Below are positions 37,676-46,638 of a stretch of 64,000 bases of DNA, piece by piece (the stretch's first letter is position 1; every line of letters starts with the position of its first letter). Source of the stretch: Pseudomonadota bacterium (GTDB taxonomy: Bacteria; Myxococcota; JACRCW01; JAFGSX01). A program made the position numbers and the translations under genes. The notes below the pieces were generated by a model. It saw only the letters and a program-made list of their open reading frames with translations. It did no database searches and was not told the origin of the DNA. The stretch is taken from the NCBI GenBank assembly GCA_043821645.1, contig JBDRCO010000051.1, forward strand, positions 32,001 through 96,000, read 5' to 3'.

Positions 37676-40600
37676 CGTCCACCCACGCGAAGACGGGGCT
37701 GTCCTCGCGGCGCTTGTAGGTCACCTCATCCCCGAACAGATGGCGCAGCACGACCTGGCCATCGCCATCGCTGTCGCCCAGGATGCGCGCACCGTTGTCA
37801 TTGCCCGGGTATTCCTCGCCGTCGTCATACTGGCTGGGCCCCGGCGTGGCGTCGGCCACCAGCGCCCGGGGATCGCCCGAGCTGTCGCGGAAGGCCGTGG
37901 AGAAGGAGGCAAAGGTCTTGTACGCGACGACAGAACCCAGCGGCACGCCGGGGATCACCAGGGTGTAGATGTTGTCCCCGGCCACGCGATCCCCCCCCGT
38001 GGCGTCGTCGCGGAGCTGCGGATCGGGTCCGTCGAACTGGGCCAGCCCCGCCGCGCCACGCGCCGGGAAACCCTGCAGCGCCAGGGTCGCCGGGTGGCTC
38101 GGGATGGTGGTGGCGCCATCGGCCTCCAGGCCCTCGCCACGCATGAAGATGCCCTCGCGCTCCCGGGCCAGGGTCTCGGGGGACAGCGCGCGCCCCGGCA
38201 CACCCGAGGATCCTCCAGGCCCGGCGCCAAACACGGTGGCCGTGCGCGACACCAGCACCTCGATCACCAGGTCGACGGTGGGGGCCGCGGCGAGACCATC
38301 GAAGCTCGCACTCGATGCTGCGACATTGCCAGACAGGTCGTGCACACCGTTGACCGTCACCGTGTAGCTCTGCCCCGCGCTCATGGGCGACGTGCTGAGC
38401 AGCACCTGGTCCTCGGCGATGGGGGCGTAGGCGGGCGCCGTCGACGAGGCGCGCAGGCTGGCCGCAGCCGAGAACTCGACCCGCTGGATGGTCAGGCCGG
38501 GGATGCTGTAGCTGGCGGCCGCGCTCGCCGTGGCCTCGGTGACAGGTTCGTTGAAGCGCAGCCACACCAGGCCCGGTGTCACGGCCCGTGCCGAGAAGGT
38601 GGGGGGCTCATGCTCGCCGAAGCCGGCGAAGTCCACGCTTTGCTCGACGAGCACATTGGCCGGCTGGGCGATGTCCTGGATGTTGTGCACGGTCAGGGTG
38701 TAAGGCGCCTGTATCTCCTGGGCCGAGGTCACCAGCACCACTTCGGTGCCTCCACCCGACAGCAGGGCCTGCTGGATGGTGGGTGCGTTGCCACCCTGGC
38801 GATGCACCAGGCCAAAGCTCGCGAGCCCGGCGCTCGCCGAGTGGATCTGCTCGCTGAAGCGTACCCGGATGCGGTCCGGCCTCTCCGCCAGCACCGCCAC
38901 CACCTCGGGGGGATCCTCGTCGACGATGCGGCACTCGGAGGCCGCGCCCGGCGCCACGAAGGCTCCGCTTTGCAGCTCGGCCAGGTTACCCGCCGCGTCC
39001 CGCAGCCCGCTGACGCCGAGAGAATAGGCGGCACCCGGGAACTGCTCCGCGGTCTGCACGAAGACCTGGGTCGGCTTGACCGGCAGGCCCACATGCTGCA
39101 CCCGGGCATTGAGCTCGACGCCATCGGCGTCCTGGATCTGGACCTGGACCTCGGCCGCCGAGGACAGGATCTTCTCGTCGAAGCTGAGCAGCACACCCGC
39201 CGAGCAGGGCGCGCTGGCGTCGAGCAGACGGGGGCCCTGGTCGTCGACGGCTCCAGGCTCCACCTGGGCCAGCTCGACCCGCCCGTCGTCGTAGTCCGCA
39301 CCGGACCCGAAGGGCACGTCGCGCCAGGCGCCGATGACGAACACCGGCAGCTCCATGTTCTGGGCCCCCACCAGCAGGCGCTGGTCTGGATTCTCGCGCT
39401 TGAACAGCACCGCAGGGCCGGGCGTGTCGTTGCCGGTGAGCGATAGCCGCGCACCCTGGTAGCTGATGCCGTCGCGACCGAGCAGGGTCACGGGGTCCAC
39501 GGTGACGCCGGTGTTGTCGTTGGTGGTGCACAGGTTCTTGGTGACAGTCTCGAGGGTGGCCGGCGGATCCGCGGCCATGGCCGGCGTGCCGTGGCCCACC
39601 TTCCAGGCGTAGACGCCGGGGGGCAAGAACAGTGACAGCCGGTGCACGGGCTTTCCGGCAACCAGGTCGGCCGTGGGCGCAAAGGCGTAGCCGGCGATCC
39701 CTGCCACGTCGGTGCGGCCGCTCATCCTCAGGTCCCGCCCGTCGGTGGCCCGGGCCTCCAGCATCACGGTGCCGGTGAGGTAGAGCTGCTCGCCCGCGGG
39801 CAGGCCACGTTCACGTCCGTCCTCGCTGAGGAAGGCATAGTCCACCACCGCGCCGAAGCTGACCCGGTACAGGGCCAGGCCTGTGAAGGGCAGGCTGGCG
39901 TCGGCCATCATGTTGCCCGCCTGGTCGAAGGGCCCGGACACCTGCACCTGGTAGTCCCCGCCGCGGCTCTGGGTGGCCGTGACCAGCAGTAGCTCGCGCC
40001 CGCGCTGAAAGGCAGCGTAGATATCCAGGGGCACTCCGCCCGCCGACAGGATGCGGTAGTTGCCCACGTTCTCAGCGCTGATGCGGTCGAGGGTCTCGCT
40101 GAAGCCGAGCACCACCACCTGACCGGTCGAGGGGTCCTCGGGTCTGGCCGCGGGATTGACCTCGGTGATGGTGCTGGTGCGAACGCTGTCCAGGGTGGGC
40201 GGAGTCTGGTCCGGGCCTATGGCCACGTGGGCACCGTCGGCGATCACGTTCTTGTCGGCGCTGGCGTCGGCCACACCCGCAACGTGCAGGATGTAGGCGC
40301 GGTTGGGATCCACGCTTTCGATCTCCAGGGTCACGCTGGCCCCGCGCACCCTCACCGCGTTGATCGCGATCACGCGATCGTCGCCATCGAGCATGCGGTA
40401 GTTGGCGCGGTCTGACGCCGTGGCCAGGTCGAGATCCTCGCTGAAGCTGGCGCGCACCCGATCGCTGGCGATGAAGGCAGACGCGACCAGGCGCGGTGGC
40501 TCGCGGTCGTCGGTGGCCACGGTGAGCGGCGCTGGACAGGGACCACAGACGCCGTTCTCCCGCGCCTCGGGGATGCCGGCCGGGGTCAGGGGCGGTCGCA

Positions 40601-41903
40601 GGTGGATGTCTCCCAGGGCCAGGCCGCCGATGGACAGGGGCGTGTCACCCTCGACAGGAGTCACCTCGATGCCACCCAGATCGTCGCCGTAGCCCAGGGC
40701 AGCGCCGCCGAGCCGGGCGTTGAGGTTGACGAAGTTCTTGTTGCTGCTCTCGTCGCCAAAGCTGTCGCGGCGGACCAGGATGCAGTCCGGGGTGCCGGCC
40801 TCGACGCCGGTGAGCAGGTCTTCGACCTGCAGGATGCGCGCATTGCCAGGCCATTCCTCGGTGCCAGTGAAGCCCTCGCCGGTCGAGCCGTCGGTGTACT
40901 TGTAGATGACACGCATGCCCCGAGGCAGGTCCAGGGTCAGCGAGTACACCTTGTCACCCGCCAGCTCGTCGCCGTGGCTGCCGTCGTCGAACATCTCGGT
41001 CTGCGCGTCGTTGGGTGTCAGGCGACGCCGCAGCGCACCCTCGACATCGGCCACCGGTGACGAGGGATCCAGCGTGATGCCCAGGAAGACCTTGCCCGCC
41101 CGCGGCGGCTGGCGAATGGACTGCACGACGCCGTTGCCGTCGAGGGCCTGACCCGAGATGTCGCAGGCAAACAGCACGCGCAGTCGCGACGGGTCGCACA
41201 CCACGGGCACGGCGATGGCGCGCGCCGCGCGGTCGCGCAGGGCGTTGAAGGCCTCGACGCTGACCCCCGCGGCCTCGAGCACGACCTGGGTGCCGTCGGA
41301 ACCGGCCGGCGACAGGGCGGGCAGCACCTCACCCAGGGGGCTGGTGACGTCGAGAATCTTGCGCACCATGGCGCGAAAGGCCTGCACGTCGGCATCGCTG
41401 GAGCCGGCGGCGTTGCCCAGGACCTGCCCCAGCACCTGCGGAGGCATCGAGGCCAGCACGCCACGCTCGAGCTGAGCGGAGCGCTCGGCCAGCACCGCGT
41501 GGGCCGTGACCGAGGCTCCGACCGTGCCCACGTGGATCTCGGTGCCTGCTCTGGCCTCGGGCACCAGGGTCTTGAGCAGCAGGGTGCCGCCCTGCACCAC
41601 GACGCGAACATTGAAATGGTCCTGGGCCTCGGGCAGCTCGATGGAGAAGTCCTCGTTGAACCTGGCGTCGCCGCTGGCCAGCTCCACGCCGTCCACCGAG
41701 AGCACGCGCAGCACCAGGTCCAGCCCCTGAACGCGTGCCTCGAGGGCTGCCGGCAGGTCCGCCACCTTGCCCTTGATCACGGCGCGAGGCTTGGGTGTGG
41801 GGTTGAAGCCCGTGGTTGTGCACAGGGTCTCGAGGCCACAGCCAGCCAGGCTGGCCAGGCCAAGGAGCAGGCCCAGGCGGGAGGGGAGGCCATGTCGAGT
41901 CAT
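37653..41903 (-). CDS. 1416-aa lipoprotein with repeated SbsA/Big_5-like Ig domains, two choice-of-anchor-X-like modules and a CBM-like domain
   Basis: LASLAGC lipobox; five P-x(10-14)-FSE/FDE/FNE...Y.V.V.GV.D..GN Ig repeats; DDGSHGDELAGDKVYS and DDATGGDRVAGDNIYT modules. Overlaps the next gene by 23 bp. Confidence 0.75.
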   Translation of the reverse strand: MTRHGLPSRLGLLLGLASLAGCGLETLCTTTGFNPTPKPRAVIKGKVADLPAALEARVQGLDLVLRVLSVDGVELASGDARFNEDFSIELPEAQDHFNVRVVVQGGTLLLKTLVPEARAGTEIHVGTVGASVTAHAVLAERSAQLERGVLASMPPQVLGQVLGNAAGSSDADVQAFRAMVRKILDVTSPLGEVLPALSPAGSDGTQVVLEAAGVSVEAFNALRDRAARAIAVPVVCDPSRLRVLFACDISGQALDGNGVVQSIRQPPRAGKVFLGITLDPSSPVADVEGALRRRLTPNDAQTEMFDDGSHGDELAGDKVYSLTLDLPRGMRVIYKYTDGSTGEGFTGTEEWPGNARILQVEDLLTGVEAGTPDCILVRRDSFGDESSNKNFVNLNARLGGAALGYGDDLGGIEVTPVEGDTPLSIGGLALGDIHLRPPLTPAGIPEARENGVCGPCPAPLTVATDDREPPRLVASAFIASDRVRASFSEDLDLATASDRANYRMLDGDDRVIAINAVRVRGASVTLEIESVDPNRAYILHVAGVADASADKNVIADGAHVAIGPDQTPPTLDSVRTSTITEVNPAARPEDPSTGQVVVLGFSETLDRISAENVGNYRILSAGGVPLDIYAAFQRGRELLLVTATQSRGGDYQVQVSGPFDQAGNMMADASLPFTGLALYRVSFGAVVDYAFLSEDGRERGLPAGEQLYLTGTVMLEARATDGRDLRMSGRTDVAGIAGYAFAPTADLVAGKPVHRLSLFLPPGVYAWKVGHGTPAMAADPPATLETVTKNLCTTNDNTGVTVDPVTLLGRDGISYQGARLSLTGNDTPGPAVLFKRENPDQRLLVGAQNMELPVFVIGAWRDVPFGSGADYDDGRVELAQVEPGAVDDQGPRLLDASAPCSAGVLLSFDEKILSSAAEVQVQIQDADGVELNARVQHVGLPVKPTQVFVQTAEQFPGAAYSLGVSGLRDAAGNLAELQSGAFVAPGAASECRIVDEDPPEVVAVLAERPDRIRVRFSEQIHSASAGLASFGLVHRQGGNAPTIQQALLSGGGTEVVLVTSAQEIQAPYTLTVHNIQDIAQPANVLVEQSVDFAGFGEHEPPTFSARAVTPGLVWLRFNEPVTEATASAAASYSIPGLTIQRVEFSAAASLRASSTAPAYAPIAEDQVLLSTSPMSAGQSYTVTVNGVHDLSGNVAASSASFDGLAAAPTVDLVIEVLVSRTATVFGAGPGGSSGVPGRALSPETLAREREGIFMRGEGLEADGATTIPSHPATLALQGFPARGAAGLAQFDGPDPQLRDDATGGDRVAGDNIYTLVIPGVPLGSVVAYKTFASFSTAFRDSSGDPRALVADATPGPSQYDDGEEYPGNDNGARILGDSDGDGQVVLRHLFGDEVTYKRREDSPVFAWVDDGFERIP

Positions 41904-42144
41904 GCCATCCTCATGGTGATCTACGGGCGGCCCAGACCCGGCCTGGACCCACCCATCATGTGTCCCTCGCGTGTTTTGCGGCGTCCGTCAACAGGCAACG
42001 TCGCTCTGACTTGCGTTACGCTTTGTAACCATTCGCGACTGTTGAGTTCTGCCGCTTTTTCCGGTGGCTTTGCGGGTGTGCGGGAGCGGCCTGGGGACCG
42101 GGAAGAGTGCCGACCAGCGGGCCAAGTCGCGCTGCATGCGCCTT

Positions 42145-42159
42145 TGCAGATCCTTGCCA
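42145..42159 (-). promoter_or_regulatory. Putative sigma54 (-24/-12) promoter facing the lipoprotein-amylase operon
   Basis: Minus strand TGGCAAGGATCTGCA versus consensus TGGCACGNNNTTGCW: correct GG/GC spacing with 2 mismatches. Confidence 0.35.
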
Positions 42160-42287
42160 ATCGCCTCGCGCCAGTGCTTGCTAGCGCTGCAAACGAGCGC
42201 CACGCACAGCCGTGCGTCACACACCGTCCCGCGCTCGACGTCGATCCTGGGGAGACCCCGTCGACGGCAATACACAAAGGAGATGAC

Positions 42288-44051
42288 ATGCGTGCGACGT
42301 ATCTGTGGCTCCCGTGCATTCTTGCGCCCGCGCTCCTGGGCTGCCCCGAGGATCCCCCACCCCAGAACGACACGGGGTGGTGCGGCGTGGCCCAGGCCGA
42401 GCGTCCGGCCTGCGAGGGCACGCTGCCCACGCGCTTTGACGCCTCGAGCACCGTCGACAAGGGCTGCTATGTCGCAACGCAGACGCCCCGGCTCGGCAAC
42501 GGGGTGACCCTGACCCTGGCGCCTGGTGTCACCATCCTGTTCGCCAGTGGCACGGGCCTGGATATCTCGGCGGACCAGGTCCTCATCGCCGCTGGCAGCG
42601 TCGACGAACCCATCTGCCTGTCCGGTCAGGCCTCGACCCGCGGCGCCTGGGACGGCCTGCGCTTCGACGGCACCAGCAGCCCTAGCCAGCTCGATCACGT
42701 CACCGTGGAGTACGGTGGCGACACCCAGTCCGACGCCGACGCCGCGGGCATCAAGGCCACAGCCGACAGCCGAGGCGTGCGCCTGACCATGACCCACACC
42801 ACCGTCGCGCAGAGCCAGGGCTGGGGTCTGTTCCTCACCGGCAGCGCCGTCATCGATGGCTTCGCTGCCAACACCTTGACCGGCAATGCCCTGGGCCCGG
42901 CCAGCGTGGACGGCGAGGTGGTGGGCGATCTGGACACAGCAAGCAGCTACACCGGCAATGATGTGGACCAGCTGCGGGTACGCGCCTATCGCCTGTCGAC
43001 CGCGGCCACCTGGGCGGACCTGGGCGTGCCCTACTTCCTGGAGACCTCGCTGCGCGTCGAGACCGTCGACTGGACCATCGCCCCGGGCGTCACCCTGATC
43101 ATGGGGAGTGGCACCGCACTCAACATCGATTCCAATGCGGCCGCCCTGATCGCCATCGGCACGGCCGAGGCGCCCATCCTGTTCACAGGCGAGACGGCCA
43201 CACGCGGTGCCTGGGAGGGCCTCGTCTTCGACGGCTCCAACAACACCCGCAACGCGCTGTCCCACGTGATTGTCGAGTGGGCCGGCAACACCGACTCGGA
43301 CGCGGACTCGGCCGCGGTGAAGCTGATGGCCGATAGCCGGGGTGTGCAGGTGGCCATCTCCCACACCACGGTGCGGCAGAGCCAGGGCTGGGGCCTGTAC
43401 CTGACGGGCAGCGCGGTGCTGCCAGGCTTCGAGGACAACGTGCTCACCGAGAACGCGCTCGGACCCGTCAAGTCCGGAAGCACGGCGGTGCAGCAGCTGC
43501 TGCCGGCGTCGACCTACACTGGCAACGACGTCGATCGCGTGCAGGTGCACACCGACTACGTGGCGTCGGGCTCGACCTGGCTAGATCTCGGCGTGCCCTA
43601 TGCCCTGGACGGTGTGCTCTCGATCAGTGTGCCCTGGATCCTGGATCCCGGCGTCACGCTGATCATGCAGGCCGTGACCGGCCGCATCGAGGTCAACGGA
43701 GCCAGCGCGTCCCTGCACGCCGAGGGCACCGCCGAGAAGCCCATCGTCTTCACCGCCGAGGACGCGACCCCGGGCGCGTGGCAGGGCCTGACCTTCGACA
43801 CCACCGAGGGGCAAAGCAATGTGCTCGACCACGTCACCGTCGAGTACGCGGGCTCGGCGCCGGTGCAGTACCCGGGCGCGGTCTTCCTGACCTCGGACAG
43901 CCGCCCCATCCACATCTCGCTCACCAACAGCACCATCCGCCACAACGCGGCCTACGGCGTGTGGCTGTGCGGCAGCGCCGTGGCCAACAGCGACATCGAG
44001 TCCAGCAACAGCTTCGACGACAACACCCTGGGCGACTACCTGCACGACTAG
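42288..44051 (+). CDS. Lipoprotein with three internal repeats, right-handed beta-helix-like
   Basis: AAGGAG RBS, ALLGC lipobox, and three copies of PGVT...G(S/T).(D/E).PI..(T/S)...GAW.GL.FD...L.HV.VE(Y/W)(A/G)G. Confidence 0.75.
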   Translation: MRATYLWLPCILAPALLGCPEDPPPQNDTGWCGVAQAERPACEGTLPTRFDASSTVDKGCYVATQTPRLGNGVTLTLAPGVTILFASGTGLDISADQVLIAAGSVDEPICLSGQASTRGAWDGLRFDGTSSPSQLDHVTVEYGGDTQSDADAAGIKATADSRGVRLTMTHTTVAQSQGWGLFLTGSAVIDGFAANTLTGNALGPASVDGEVVGDLDTASSYTGNDVDQLRVRAYRLSTAATWADLGVPYFLETSLRVETVDWTIAPGVTLIMGSGTALNIDSNAAALIAIGTAEAPILFTGETATRGAWEGLVFDGSNNTRNALSHVIVEWAGNTDSDADSAAVKLMADSRGVQVAISHTTVRQSQGWGLYLTGSAVLPGFEDNVLTENALGPVKSGSTAVQQLLPASTYTGNDVDRVQVHTDYVASGSTWLDLGVPYALDGVLSISVPWILDPGVTLIMQAVTGRIEVNGASASLHAEGTAEKPIVFTAEDATPGAWQGLTFDTTEGQSNVLDHVTVEYAGSAPVQYPGAVFLTSDSRPIHISLTNSTIRHNAAYGVWLCGSAVANSDIESSNSFDDNTLGDYLHD

Positions 44052-44298
44052 TCCACGGCGTCCTCGACGCTCCCTCGACCCCTCCCTCGGCACGACCTGG
44101 CCAGGCTGCGGCCGACCTGTGATCCCCATCGCAGATGTGAAGCGGGCCCCCGGCGCCGTGCACACTCGTGCACGTTCTTTACACCGTGATCAATGAGCAT
44201 CTCGTTTGATTCCGCATAGTTACATCCGGCACGCCAGCTGCATTTCCAGCTCTCGTCCCACACACCCGAGCACGGGCCGAGTCACAAAGGGGTGCCAC

Positions 44299-45174
44299 AT
44301 GAAACCGACCGCGACCCAGACCATGGCCCTCATCGCGATGCTGCTGGGGCTGCTGACCAGCGCGTGCCCCTCGGCCGCCATCCACCGCACGGCGCGGACC
44401 CTCGATCCGGGTCAGTCGGAGCTGAGCGCGACCGCCAACGTCGGCTTCACCCGCATTGCCTCGCCGGCCAGCAACGGCACGCTCAGCACCACCTCCTCCT
44501 TGGTGCTGCCGGGCGTGGTGCCGGTGCTCAGCTATCACATGGGCGTCATCGACGGCGTCGAAATGGGCGCCAACATCTCGCCCCTGACCCTGAGCCTGGG
44601 CCTGGACACCAAGGTGCGGGTGGCGCGGCTGCTCGACAACCACCTGCTGCTGGCGGTGCAGCCCGGCGTCGACCTGCAAGGCCTGGTGATGGCCTGGGGC
44701 GCGTCCGGCACCCTGCCCTTCATCGCGACCTACGAACTCAACGACATGGTGTCCTTCACCGGCTACGGCTACCTCAAGGCCGGCACGCTGGCGGTCATCG
44801 GCACGGGCTCCGACGCCATGATGAACTCGGTGGGCGGCGGCGTCGGCAGCGGCATCGAGCTCAGGGGCGACAGCTTCTTCGTCATGCCCCTGGTCGAGAT
44901 CAACACCACGGCGAGCTTCACCGGCAACAGCTTCAACCAGTACATGCGCAGCGATGTGCTGCAGGTCGGCATCAGCATCGGCTACCACGGCGACCTGCTG
45001 CGCATCATGAACCGCAAGCTCGACACCATCGACGCCAAGGTGGACCACCTCGAGCACAAGGTCGACGACCGCTTTGACCGCATCGACCGCACCCTTGACG
45101 GCCTGGGCGCCAGCGACGGCGCGGCCAGCTCGGCGCCGGCCAGCCAACCCGTGGTTGACGGACCACGCCTCTAG
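44299..45174 (+). CDS. Putative outer-membrane beta-barrel lipoprotein with a C-terminal coiled coil
   Basis: LLTSAC lipobox, TARTLDPGQ, alternating amphipathic strands, and a heptad tail KLDTIDAKVDHLEHKVDDRFDRIDRTL. Confidence 0.6.
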   Translation: MKPTATQTMALIAMLLGLLTSACPSAAIHRTARTLDPGQSELSATANVGFTRIASPASNGTLSTTSSLVLPGVVPVLSYHMGVIDGVEMGANISPLTLSLGLDTKVRVARLLDNHLLLAVQPGVDLQGLVMAWGASGTLPFIATYELNDMVSFTGYGYLKAGTLAVIGTGSDAMMNSVGGGVGSGIELRGDSFFVMPLVEINTTASFTGNSFNQYMRSDVLQVGISIGYHGDLLRIMNRKLDTIDAKVDHLEHKVDDRFDRIDRTLDGLGASDGAASSAPASQPVVDGPRL

Positions 45175-45317
45175 CCGCCCCAGCCCTGCGCCCCCCGGGC
45201 TCCCACCACCGCTCTGCGCTCCTGGCCCCGCCGCAGCCCGTTCCAGCGACGGCCGCCCGGCCACCTGTTCGAGTTCGAGTCCCGCTCGCGGTGTCGCCCG
45301 ATGGCCGGGAGGCAAAC

Positions 45318-45337
45318 GGAGCTCTCGGCGGAGCTCC
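45318..45337. terminator. Hairpin between convergent genes (possible terminator)
   Basis: GGAGCTC-TCGGCG-GAGCTCC perfect inverted repeat with no U-tract. Confidence 0.25.
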
Positions 45338-45417
45338 ACCCGCGGCCCCCGGCGCCCAAGAACGCGGTCCTGCGGGAGTGCCGGGCGCACGGGTGGATGG
45401 CCGGGTGCCGGGGTCGT

Positions 45418-46638
45418 TCAGAAGGCGAAGTCGAGACGCAGCGTTCCCGTGCCGACCGAGAGGTCGTCGGTCTGAACGCCGCGCGCAAACTGATACGCGT
45501 GCGAGTACTCGGCGTGCACGCACAGTTGATCCAGCACGTAGTAGCGCGCGCCCAGGGTGCCTCGCGCCAGATCGCCCTGCATCTGCTGCCCTGGTGCGTA
45601 GACGCCGTCGATGCGGGCGAAAGCGACCAGGTCGGTGCGCGGCAGATAGGACAGCTCGGCAAAGCCGCTGTGGCTCAGCACGTCGTCAGGCGCGCGGACA
45701 TACAGCACATTGGGATCGCGCCACAGATCGCTGTGGTCCCAGCCGATCAGATACTGCAGCGCCAGGTTGAGGTGCCAGAGGTTGAGGCTGAGGTCGGCGC
45801 CACCGCGCGCATAGCCGGCGCGGCGGGTCATGGACGCATCCTGTGAGCGCGCGTTGCCGAAGTAGCCGACGAGGCCGATGCGCTGCCCTGCGGTCTGCCC
45901 CTCGCCAGGACCGATGGTCTCGGCGACGCGCAGGTAGAAGTCCAGGGGCGGGTCGCGCAGCAGGTTGGACGACGAGCCGTTGACCCAGCCCGCGGCGTAG
46001 CTCAACCCCCAGGCGCCGTGGCCGCTGACCTCGACGCCGGTCTGGGTGGCGCTGAGCGGCGCGCCCCCCGGGAACACGAACTCGTAGCTGTCATAGGGGA
46101 CCGCGCTGAGCTGCCGCTTGGCGCTGAAGGCGACGTAGGCGGGCTCGAAGCGACCCACGCGCACGTTGAGCCAGGGCGTGAACAGGTTCGAGAACACCAC
46201 GCTGGCCATTTCGATGGTGCCGCCGACCTGCGGCACGCCCTCGGTGAACTCGACGCTGGGCACGAAGATCATCATGTAGCCGATGTTGCGCGCGAGCAGC
46301 CCCGCGGACAGCAGGTCGAGGCCATTCACCTGGAACTGCGCCACCTCGGGCTGCACGTCCGGAAAAGTCAGCTGGTCGACGTTGAGACCTGCGCTGGTAC
46401 GCGCCGCAAAGGGTGGTGGGCTCTCGAGCACGTTGCGCTCGTCCTGCTCGCGGCCCGGTAGCTGGTAGCCATTGGCGCGGTACCGCTGCCCGAAGTCGTT
46501 GAGGCGCGGATAGTTGGAGTGGCACATGGTGCAGTTGACGCCGTACTTGCGCGCAAAGACGGGCACCGCGCTGGCCGGGGCCGGGGCAAGCAGACTGACC
46601 AGGAGCACGCCACCAGCGACGACGATGATGCGCTTCAC
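45418..46638 (-). CDS. Outer-membrane porin with an N-terminal CxxCH heme-binding motif (ExtI-like)
   Basis: GTG start in a GTGA overlap, signal ending ASA, VPVFARKYGVNCTMCHSNYPRLNDFG..ANGY, amphipathic strands, and terminal LRLDFAF. Confidence 0.75.
   Translation of the reverse strand: MKRIIVVAGGVLLVSLLAPAPASAVPVFARKYGVNCTMCHSNYPRLNDFGQRYRANGYQLPGREQDERNVLESPPPFAARTSAGLNVDQLTFPDVQPEVAQFQVNGLDLLSAGLLARNIGYMMIFVPSVEFTEGVPQVGGTIEMASVVFSNLFTPWLNVRVGRFEPAYVAFSAKRQLSAVPYDSYEFVFPGGAPLSATQTGVEVSGHGAWGLSYAAGWVNGSSSNLLRDPPLDFYLRVAETIGPGEGQTAGQRIGLVGYFGNARSQDASMTRRAGYARGGADLSLNLWHLNLALQYLIGWDHSDLWRDPNVLYVRAPDDVLSHSGFAELSYLPRTDLVAFARIDGVYAPGQQMQGDLARGTLGARYYVLDQLCVHAEYSHAYQFARGVQTDDLSVGTGTLRLDFAF

Noticed and set aside
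44157-44174. CGTGCAC-ACTC-GTGCACG palindrome
   Set aside because: It is a single short GC-rich occurrence with no second copy or assignable regulator, and could be chance.
44227-44242. CGGCACGCCAGCTGCA as a sigma54 promoter
   Set aside because: The GG-to-GC spacing is one base too long, and sigma54 spacing is strict.
45273-45283. GTTCGAGTCCC tRNA T-loop-like motif
   Set aside because: No pairing T-stem, acceptor stem or anticodon arm could be built around it.
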